A stretch of 45,656 nucleotides of DNA from Acidobacteriota bacterium (GTDB lineage Bacteria > Acidobacteriota > Thermoanaerobaculia > Multivoradales > JAGPDF01): assembly GCA_011525905.1 (NCBI GenBank), contig WYBK01000176.1, positions 1 to 45,656 of the forward strand, read 5' to 3'. The position numbers were made by a program, and so were the translations under genes. Positions 10,231 through 17,154 of the stretch are shown here, piece after piece. The notes under the pieces are model-generated. The model was not told where the DNA came from and ran no database searches. It saw only the letters and a list, made by a program, of their open reading frames with translations. The first letter of the stretch is position 1. Each line of letters begins with the position of its first letter.

Positions 10231-10907
10231 CGTGGCGGCTCGATCGACAGCCGCCAGCCGACGCCGGGAACCGTGTGCAGGAGCCTGGGGGCGCCATCCG
10301 CCTCGAGCTTGCGGCGCAGCCGGCCGACGATGACGTCGACGACGTTGCTGCGCGCCTCGTAGTCCGCGTCCCAGACGTGCTCGGCGAGCGTGGCGCGCGC
10401 GAGCGCCACACCGGGGTGGAGCAGGAAGTACTCGAGCAGGGCGAGCTCTTTGGGCGTCAGGTCGAGCGGCCGGCTGCCGCGGCTCGCCGTCCGGGCGGTG
10501 CGATCGAAACGGAGGTCTCCGACCTCGACGACCTCGACCGGCGGTGTCGCCCGGCGCCGCAGCAGGGAGCGGACCCGCGCCAGCAGCTCCTCGAAGGCGA
10601 ACGGCTTGGTCAGGTAGTCGTCGGCCCCGGCGTCGAGGCCGGCTACCTTCTCCTCGGTCCGGTCTTGCGCGGTGAGCACCAGCACCGGCGCGGTGAATCC
10701 TTCCGTCCGCCATTCCCGCAGCAGGTCGGTGCCCGAGCCGTCGGGGAGCCGGAGATCGAGCAGCACCAGGTCGTAGTCGGCCTCGAGCGACCGGTCGCGC
10801 GCGGCCGCCAGGCCATGGGCGACGTCGGCGGCGAACCCCTCCTCGCGCAGGCCGGCGGCGAGCCGTTCCGCGAGCCGCCGCTCGTCCTCGACGACCAGGA
10901 GGCGCAC
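10227..10907 (-). CDS. OmpR-family response regulator (REC + winged helix)
   Basis: 226 aa. LVLLDLRLPDGSG, YLTKPF, C-terminal TPKELALLEYF ... VPGVGWRL. GTG start. Confidence 0.9.
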   Translation of the reverse strand: MRLLVVEDERRLAERLAAGLREEGFAADVAHGLAAARDRSLEADYDLVLLDLRLPDGSGTDLLREWRTEGFTAPVLVLTAQDRTEEKVAGLDAGADDYLTKPFAFEELLARVRSLLRRRATPPVEVVEVGDLRFDRTARTASRGSRPLDLTPKELALLEYFLLHPGVALARATLAEHVWDADYEARSNVVDVIVGRLRRKLEADGAPRLLHTVPGVGWRLSIEPPR

Positions 10908-10925
10908 GCCGCGACTATAGCCGAG

Positions 10926-10945
10926 CGCCGTTCATCCGCCGTTCA
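10926..10945. promoter_or_regulatory. 9-bp direct repeat CGCCGTTCA x2 with 11-bp period (candidate OmpR-type box) in the divergent promoter region
   Basis: Copies at 10926-10934 and 10937-10945. A minus-strand TATAGT (10919-10914) sits 6 nt upstream of the regulator's GTG. Confidence 0.35.
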
Positions 10946-11002
10946 CGAGGCGCCGCGACAATGCGTGGCGGTCGCGACGCTGCGCGGCCGTCAGGAGGCT
11001 CG

Positions 11003-11599
11003 ATGAGAAAGTTCGCCTTGCTCGCCCTGATCCTGTCCTGGGGCACACTCGCGCCGGCCGCCGCCGAGGAGCGCGTCCTGGTGCTCGACCCCGCCGCCAC
11101 CGAGGTCGCCTTCGATCTGCCGGCGACCGGTCACGACGTCCACGGGCTGTTCACGCTGCGCGAGGGAGAGATCCGCTTCGATCCGGCGACCGGCGCGGCG
11201 AGCGGCGAGATCCGGGTCGACCTCGGTGCCGGCGTCACCGGCAACGCGAGCCGCGACCGGACGATGCGCGAGGAGGTGCTCGAGACGGAGCGCTTCCCGG
11301 TCGCCCGCTTCGTCGCGCGCCGGCTCGAGGGCGAGCTGCACCCGCAAGGGGCGTCGAGAATCGCGCTCGAGGGGATCCTCGACCTGCACGGCGCCGAGCA
11401 CGAGATCACGCTGCCCGCCGAAGTGGCGATCGACGGTCCCCGCCTGGTCGCCGACCTCTCCTTCCCGGTCCCCTTCGTCGAGTGGGGACTCGCGGACCCG
11501 AGCATCCTCTTCCTGCGCGTGGCCAAGATCGTCTCGGTCCAGATCCACGCCGCGGGTGAGCTGCGCGCCCCCCTCGCCGTTGGCGCCGGCGGCGACTGA
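11003..11599 (+). CDS. yceI: YceI-like periplasmic polyisoprenoid-binding protein
   Basis: ATG 11003 follows AGGAGG (10993-10998). Signal peptide MRKFALLALILSWGTLAPAAA. YceI-like beta-barrel pattern (GHDVHGLF, VTGNASRDRTMREEVLETERFP, LDLHG). Confidence 0.75.
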   Translation: MRKFALLALILSWGTLAPAAAEERVLVLDPAATEVAFDLPATGHDVHGLFTLREGEIRFDPATGAASGEIRVDLGAGVTGNASRDRTMREEVLETERFPVARFVARRLEGELHPQGASRIALEGILDLHGAEHEITLPAEVAIDGPRLVADLSFPVPFVEWGLADPSILFLRVAKIVSVQIHAAGELRAPLAVGAGGD

Positions 11600-11606
11600 G
11601 GCGCCC

Positions 11607-12581
11607 TTGCTCGCCTTGGTCGACCGGAGCCGGCCCGCTGCGCCCCGGCCACGTGCGCCGCTCGTCCTGCTCCCAGCCGCCGAGCTCGACCGCCTGCGCC
11701 TGGAGGTTCAACGGCTGCTCGCGCTACCGCGCGGAACGGAGAGCCACCTGGCCGGCGCGGTGCGCGACACGCTCGCCTCGCCGGGTTCGCTCTGGCGCGC
11801 GCAGCTGGCCTGGGCGACCGGGCGCGTCCACGGCCTCGCCCCGCGCGTCGCGCTCGATCTGGCGCTGGGGATCGAGGCGTTCCACACCGCTTCCCTGCTG
11901 TTCGACGACCTGCCGGCGATGGACGACGCCGTCACGCGCCGGGGCCGCCCCTGCGTCCACCGAGTGCACGGCGAGGCGGCGGCGCTGCTCGCCGCGCTCG
12001 GCTTCGTTCATCGCGGCTACGCGCTGGTCTGGCGAGCCTTGGCCGGTGCCCGGCCGCGGCCGCGGCGGGCGGCCGCGGCCTTGCTCGAAGAGTGCCTCGG
12101 GCTGACCGGCATTCTCGACGGCCAGGCCTGGGATCTCCACCTCGAGGGCGCCGGGCTCGCGGGAGAGCGCTGCGCGCGCGTGGTGGCGGGCAAGACCGTG
12201 CCGCTGCTGCGGCTGGCGCTGGAGCTGCCGGCGGTGGTCGCCGGCGCCCCGGCCGCCCGTCGCCGGCTGCTCGCCGAGCTGGCGCGCCGCTGGGGCCTCG
12301 CCTACCAGACCCTCGACGACGTCGAAGATCGAGTGGCGGCGCCGGATGCCGCCGCCGCGGGCGACGCCGAGCTCGGACGGCCGAACCTCGCCGGTTCGCT
12401 CGGGGCGACGGGAGCCCTCGCCCAGGTCGACGAGGAGCTGGCCGCCGTCCGGCCGCTGCTCGCGGCGCTCGAGAGCGCTCTCGGACCGGACGCCGCGCCC
12501 TATCTGCGGCTCGATGGCCACTTGCGCAGCGCGCGCTGGGCGGCGGCCGCGCGCTGCGGGGCGCCGGCACCGGCAGGATGA
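11607..12581 (+). CDS. Polyprenyl diphosphate synthase family protein (trans-isoprenyl type)
   Basis: FARM SLLFDDLPAMDDAVTRRGRP (DD..DD at 11904-11927), GQAWD, GKTVPLL, SARM YQTLDDVED (12315-12329). No ATG or GTG after the yceI stop; the only candidate starts are TTG 11607 or 11616. Confidence 0.75.
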   Translation: MLALVDRSRPAAPRPRAPLVLLPAAELDRLRLEVQRLLALPRGTESHLAGAVRDTLASPGSLWRAQLAWATGRVHGLAPRVALDLALGIEAFHTASLLFDDLPAMDDAVTRRGRPCVHRVHGEAAALLAALGFVHRGYALVWRALAGARPRPRRAAAALLEECLGLTGILDGQAWDLHLEGAGLAGERCARVVAGKTVPLLRLALELPAVVAGAPAARRRLLAELARRWGLAYQTLDDVEDRVAAPDAAAAGDAELGRPNLAGSLGATGALAQVDEELAAVRPLLAALESALGPDAAPYLRLDGHLRSARWAAAARCGAPAPAG

Positions 12582-13891
12582 GCGCCGCGCCCGCGGCAGC
12601 CGAGTCGACGCTCGCCCGGGAGGCGGCCACCGGAGCGCCGACTCGCGCCGAGAACCTGGCGGAGGCCGTCGCCGCGCACGCCCTCTTCTGGCTCCTCGTC
12701 GGGTCGGGCGTCGGGCTCTGGTTGGCGACGCTGCAGCTCGCCCCCGAGTGGGGCGCCACCCTCGGTGCCGCCACGTACGGGCGCTGGGCCGCGCTCCACC
12801 TCGACCTCACGCTCTACGGCTGGCTGGCGCTGCCGCTCGTCGGCCTGCTCCTCGATGCCTTCGGCGCCGATCGTCACGTGGCGGCGGGGCGGCTGGCGCT
12901 CGCCCTCTGGTCGGGCGCGCTCGCCGCGGGCGCGGCGAGCTGGCTCGGCGGCCGCACCTCCGGCAAGCTCTTCCTCGACTGGACCGGTCCGGCCGCGGTG
13001 CTCTTCGCCGGCGCGCAACTCGGGGTCGCGGCCCTGCTCGCGCGCGGGCTCGCCGGCTCGGTGCGCCGACAGGGCTGGAGCCGCAGCCACGTCGCCCGAG
13101 CGCTCCTGCTCGCCCTCCTGCTCGCGGTGCCGGCCCTCCTGGTCGCCGCCAGCGACGGCCGGGTCTACCCGCCGATCGACCCGGTGAGCGGCGGCCCGAC
13201 CGGCACGAGCCTGCTCGGCAGCTCGCTCGGCCTGGTCGCGCTGCTGCTCGCCGTGCCCCGGCTGCTCCGGCTGACCGAGGTGGCGGCGGGCCGCGGGCGC
13301 TGGCTCGCCCCCGGAGTCTGGCTGCTGCACGCGGCGCTCTTCGTCGGGCTCGATCATGTCGACCGGCCGAACGGGGATCCGCGCGAGCTGCTGGCCCTCG
13401 GCAGCGTGGTGATCTGGGCCTGGCTGCTGCCGCGCGAGGCCGCGCGCTTCCTCTGGCCGCCGGGCAGCCGCAAATGGCTGCGTGCCCTGGCGGCCTGGGG
13501 CCTCCTGCTGCTCGCGAGCGGCCTGCTTTCGTTCGCTCCCGGCGTGCTCGACCGGGTCAAGTTCGGCGAGGGGCTGGTCGCCCACGCGCACGTCGCGATG
13601 GCGGGGTTCGCCTCCGCCTTCGTGATGCTGGTGCTCCATCGTCTGCTCGATCGGGGCGATCGGCGGGCGACCCTCACCGCTCCGGAGCCCTTCGCGCTCT
13701 GGCAGGGAGGGCTCGCCCTGCAGATCGCGGCGCTCGCCGCGCTGGGCGCGCTCGAGGCGATCGACCCGGCCGCACGGCTGCGCGGCGGGGGCACCCTCGA
13801 TGCGCTGCTGGCGCTGCGCTGGGTCGGGGGGGCGGCGATGCTCGCGGCAACGATCGGCTGGCTGCGCCAGCTCGTCCGGCGGCCGGCATGA
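12578..13891 (+). CDS. Polytopic membrane protein resembling haem-copper oxidase subunit I (CcoN/NorB-like) but without a complete CuB His set
   Basis: 437 aa. ATGA overlap with the upstream gene. YGRWAALHLDLTLYGW (H74 codon 12797-12799) and LVAHAHVAMAGF (H336/H338 at 13583-13591) resemble the HCO TM2 and TM10 haem-ligand motifs. There is no His between residues 171 and 251. Confidence 0.55.
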   Translation: MSAAPAAAESTLAREAATGAPTRAENLAEAVAAHALFWLLVGSGVGLWLATLQLAPEWGATLGAATYGRWAALHLDLTLYGWLALPLVGLLLDAFGADRHVAAGRLALALWSGALAAGAASWLGGRTSGKLFLDWTGPAAVLFAGAQLGVAALLARGLAGSVRRQGWSRSHVARALLLALLLAVPALLVAASDGRVYPPIDPVSGGPTGTSLLGSSLGLVALLLAVPRLLRLTEVAAGRGRWLAPGVWLLHAALFVGLDHVDRPNGDPRELLALGSVVIWAWLLPREAARFLWPPGSRKWLRALAAWGLLLLASGLLSFAPGVLDRVKFGEGLVAHAHVAMAGFASAFVMLVLHRLLDRGDRRATLTAPEPFALWQGGLALQIAALAALGALEAIDPAARLRGGGTLDALLALRWVGGAAMLAATIGWLRQLVRRPA

Positions 13892-14328
13892 GCCGGGCCG
13901 CCACGCGAGCCCTCGGTCGAGGTCGCGAGCGCGTGTTGCCCGCGTTCTGCGCGGTCGCGGGCGGCGGCGACCTGCTGACCGGGCTCCTCTTGCTCGCCCG
14001 TCCGGCCGTGGCGCTCGCGCCGCTCGGCCTGACGGTACCGGCCGAGTCCTGGGTCTTCCTGCGCTGGATCGGCCTCTTCGTCGCCGCGGTCGGGACGATC
14101 TACCTGCAACCCTGGAGGCTCCCCCCGGGCTCCGAGCGGCGGTCGCGGCTGCGCGCAGCCCTCGAGATCACCGCGCTCGTCCGGCTGGCGGTCGCCGCTT
14201 TCGTCGCCGGCGCGGTCCTCGCTGCGGAGCTTGCCGCCCCCTGGCTCGCCGTCGGCGGTTACGACGCGCTGGTGGCGCTCGGGCAGCTCTTCCTATTGCC
14301 TGCGGCGAAGGCTCCCGATGTCCACTGA
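13888..14328 (+). CDS. Small hydrophobic membrane protein (about 4 TM), function unknown
   Basis: 146 aa. ATGA overlap with the upstream gene; an 11-nt overlap with the downstream gene. Confidence 0.55.
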   Translation: MSRAATRALGRGRERVLPAFCAVAGGGDLLTGLLLLARPAVALAPLGLTVPAESWVFLRWIGLFVAAVGTIYLQPWRLPPGSERRSRLRAALEITALVRLAVAAFVAGAVLAAELAAPWLAVGGYDALVALGQLFLLPAAKAPDVH

Positions 14329-16222
14329 CCGACGCCGCCTGGTGAGTGTCGCCGCGGCGGTCGCGGCGGTTTACTTCGCTTTCCTGCTCTGCGCCCAGTT
14401 CGGCTTCCTGGCGCAGCTGGAACGCGCGCTGGGCGCCGAGCCGCGCGCGTTGCAGGGAGCGCTCGCCGCGATGGCGGTGGCCGGAGTGGCCGCGGGCGTC
14501 GCGGCGGCGCGCACGCTCGTCCGGCGCTCGGGCCGCGGCGCCGTGCGCGCCGGCCTGCTGGCGGTGGCGGTGGCCTGCGCCGCGTCGATCGGCGCTCGCC
14601 AGGCGCCGACTCTCGTGCTCGCCGCGGCCGGCTTGGGCGCGGCGCTCGGCTGGGCGACGGTGGCGCTCGCCGGCTCGCTCCTCCGGCTCGCCCCGGCGGG
14701 CGCGGCCGGGCGCGCGGCGGGATTCGGCACCGGCGCCGCCTACCTGCTGGCGAACCTGCCGCCGCTCTTCGCGGGCGATCCGGCGCTGCGCGCCGCCGTC
14801 CCGGCGGCGGCCTGCGTGCTGGCTGCGGGGTTGCTGCCCAGCGACCGCAGGCCTCCGCCGGAGCGGCTGCCGCAGGCTGGCGAGCGCTCGCACATCGCGG
14901 CAGCGGGCGATTTTCCGGCGCTGGTCATGGCCTTCCTGCTGCTCGTCGCCCTCGATTCGGCGGCCTTCGCCGCCATTCAGCACGACTCGGTTCTCCTCGC
15001 GGTCAGCTGGGGGGGGGACGCTCACGCGATGCGACAGGGTCTCGTCCACCTGCTCGCGGCTTGCGCCGCCGGCGTCGCGCTCGACCGCGGCGGGCTGCGG
15101 GCCCTGCTGCTGGCCGCCGGCGCGAGCTTCGCCATCGCGCTGCCCGCGCTCGGCGCTGGGGCGGCCGCCGCGGCGCTCGCCGCCCCTCTCTACGCGGTCG
15201 GCATCTCGGCCTACAGCGCGGCGCTGGTCGCGGCGCCCTCCCTGGCGGGGGGTGCGGTGCCCAGGACGGCGGCCAGCCGCGCCGCCTGGCTCTTCGGAGT
15301 CGCCGGCTGGCTCGGCTCGGGGCTGGGGGTCGGGGCGGCGAAGCACCTCGGATGGCCGGTGATCGCCGGCGCCGCGCTCGCGGTCCTCGGCGCCGTCGCG
15401 GCGCTGTTGGCGCCGAGCGTCCGCGGCCGGGCGCGCGAGACGGCGCTCGCCCTCGCGGTGGGAGCCTGCGGCGGCTTCGTCGCGCTGCGCTCGCCGGCGC
15501 CGGCCGACGACCCGGTCGCGCGCGGCCGGCAGGTCTATCTCGCCGAAGGCTGCCAGCACTGCCACTCGCAGTACGTGCGTCCGGTGGCGCAGGACGCCCT
15601 CTGGTGGGGGCCGCGCCGCGAGCTCGACCGGCGGGAGCATCCGCCCACCCCCGGGAATCGCCGGATCGGCCCGGATCTGGCCAACGTCGGAGTGCGTCGC
15701 GCCGCGCTCTGGCAGGAGCGGCACTTGCGGGACCCGCGAGCGCTGTCGCCGGCCTCGAGCATGCCTTCCTACGCCCACCTGTTCGCCACCGGCGAGCGAC
15801 GGGGGTCCGATCTGGTCGCCTACCTGGGCTCGCTCGGTGCGGGGGCCGAGGCGGCACGGCTGGCCACGATCCGGCGGGCGCCGATGGCGGCGGCGCCGCA
15901 GGTACCCTCGGCGTCGCGCGGCGCCCGACTCTTCGCGCGCCACTGCGCCCCCTGCCACGGCGAAGGGGGCCGCGGCGATGGCGGCGCCCTGGGCGACCTC
16001 GCCCTGCCGGGGCTCGACCTGCGCGAGGGAGCGCTCCGCCGAGCTCGCGACTACGGCGTCGACGAGCCGCTCGAGCGGGCGGTGGCGCGGGTGATCCGCT
16101 TCGGCCTGCCCCCCTGGCTGATGCCGGGGCACGAATGGCTCTCCGCGCAGGAGGTCGGCGATCTCGCCGCCTTCGTGATCGAGCTCTCGGCGAGCGGCGA
16201 CGTCCGGGTGGCCGCTCGATGA
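14318..16222 (+). CDS. Fusion protein: MFS-like polytopic domain + CcoO (cbb3 subunit II/NorC-like) monohaem domain + second cytochrome c domain
   Basis: 634 aa. Residues 1-395 are a hydrophobic 6+6-like domain with a central loop. GRQVYLAEGCQHCHSQYVRP ... GPDLANVG ... SSMPSY matches CcoO (CQHCH at 15551-15565). The second haem motif CAPCH is at 15944-15958, with an MPG Met ligand. Confidence 0.8.
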   Translation: MSTDRRRLVSVAAAVAAVYFAFLLCAQFGFLAQLERALGAEPRALQGALAAMAVAGVAAGVAAARTLVRRSGRGAVRAGLLAVAVACAASIGARQAPTLVLAAAGLGAALGWATVALAGSLLRLAPAGAAGRAAGFGTGAAYLLANLPPLFAGDPALRAAVPAAACVLAAGLLPSDRRPPPERLPQAGERSHIAAAGDFPALVMAFLLLVALDSAAFAAIQHDSVLLAVSWGGDAHAMRQGLVHLLAACAAGVALDRGGLRALLLAAGASFAIALPALGAGAAAAALAAPLYAVGISAYSAALVAAPSLAGGAVPRTAASRAAWLFGVAGWLGSGLGVGAAKHLGWPVIAGAALAVLGAVAALLAPSVRGRARETALALAVGACGGFVALRSPAPADDPVARGRQVYLAEGCQHCHSQYVRPVAQDALWWGPRRELDRREHPPTPGNRRIGPDLANVGVRRAALWQERHLRDPRALSPASSMPSYAHLFATGERRGSDLVAYLGSLGAGAEAARLATIRRAPMAAAPQVPSASRGARLFARHCAPCHGEGGRGDGGALGDLALPGLDLREGALRRARDYGVDEPLERAVARVIRFGLPPWLMPGHEWLSAQEVGDLAAFVIELSASGDVRVAAR

Positions 16223-17154
16223 GGGGACGCCGCTTCGCGACGGCCGGGCTGCTGCTCTCCGCCTCCGCGCTCGCTCTGCACTCCGGGTGGGGGAGGGGGG
16301 AGCGCCCCTGGCGGGAGGCGACCGGCTTCGACCGGGTGCCCCCGCCGCTGCGGCCGCCGGACGATCTGCCCTGGCCAGCGGCGGTCGGGCCGCCGCCCCG
16401 ACTGGCCTGGCTCGGCCATGCCGGCTTCCTGCTGGAGTGGCGAGGCGCCCGGCTGCTGGTCGACCCGAACCTCTCCCCGCGGTGCTCGCTGGTGCGGCGC
16501 CGAATGGAACGCGCGATCGGACCGGCGCAGCTCGGAGCGCTCGACGCCGTCCTGCTGACTCACGCCCACTACGACCATCTCGATCGGCCGACGCTCGCCG
16601 CCCTCGAGCGAGTCGGTCGCTTGCTGCTGCCGGCGGGCAGCGAGGGCTACGTCGCCGGGTTGCGCTCCGACGCGGCCGTCGAGGGGGTCGCGGCCTGGGC
16701 CTCGGTGACGGTCGCCGGCCTGGAAATCGTCGGGGTGCCGGCCTTCCACCACGGCCACCGGCACCATCCGCTGGCGAGCTCCAAACAGGCCCTCGGCTGG
16801 GTGGTTCGCGGCGGCGGGGCCTCGATCTACTTCGCCGGCGACACCGGCGCGGCGAACGACTTCGCCGCCATCGGCGAGCGCTTCCATCCGGCGATCGCCG
16901 TGCTGCCGATCGGCGCCTACGCGCCGCCCTGGCCGATCGGGCGGGTCCATCTCTCGCCGGTGCAGGCGGTCGAGGCGGCGATCCGACTCGGCCGCCCGCT
17001 CGTGGTGCCGGCCCACTTCGGCACCTTCGCGCTGGCGCTCGACCGGCCGGCGGCGGCGCTGCCCCGCTTCGCCCTCGCCGCCGCCGGTGGCGGCGTCGAG
17101 TGGCGGATGCCCCGGTTGGCGCGCGCTGCCGCCGCGAACGAGGGAACGTCGTGA
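16219..17154 (+). CDS. MBL-fold metallo-hydrolase (Lactamase_B_2 / NAPE-PLD-like), membrane-anchored or secreted
   Basis: 311 aa. ATGA overlap. N-terminal hydrophobic segment. LTHAHYDHLD metal motif, FAGDTG, PAHFGTF. Confidence 0.75.
   Translation: MRGRRFATAGLLLSASALALHSGWGRGERPWREATGFDRVPPPLRPPDDLPWPAAVGPPPRLAWLGHAGFLLEWRGARLLVDPNLSPRCSLVRRRMERAIGPAQLGALDAVLLTHAHYDHLDRPTLAALERVGRLLLPAGSEGYVAGLRSDAAVEGVAAWASVTVAGLEIVGVPAFHHGHRHHPLASSKQALGWVVRGGGASIYFAGDTGAANDFAAIGERFHPAIAVLPIGAYAPPWPIGRVHLSPVQAVEAAIRLGRPLVVPAHFGTFALALDRPAAALPRFALAAAGGGVEWRMPRLARAAAANEGTS

Noticed and set aside
15009-15017. Homopolymeric G runs (8-9 G at 3460-3467, 15009-15017, 31549-31556) as phase-variation switches, and the G-rich tract 16286-16302 as a G-quadruplex
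   Set aside because: All lie inside ORFs, encode Gly/Pro runs in frame, and are expected by chance at this GC content. There is no evidence of frameshifted alternatives. They are worth remembering only as sites prone to sequencing error.
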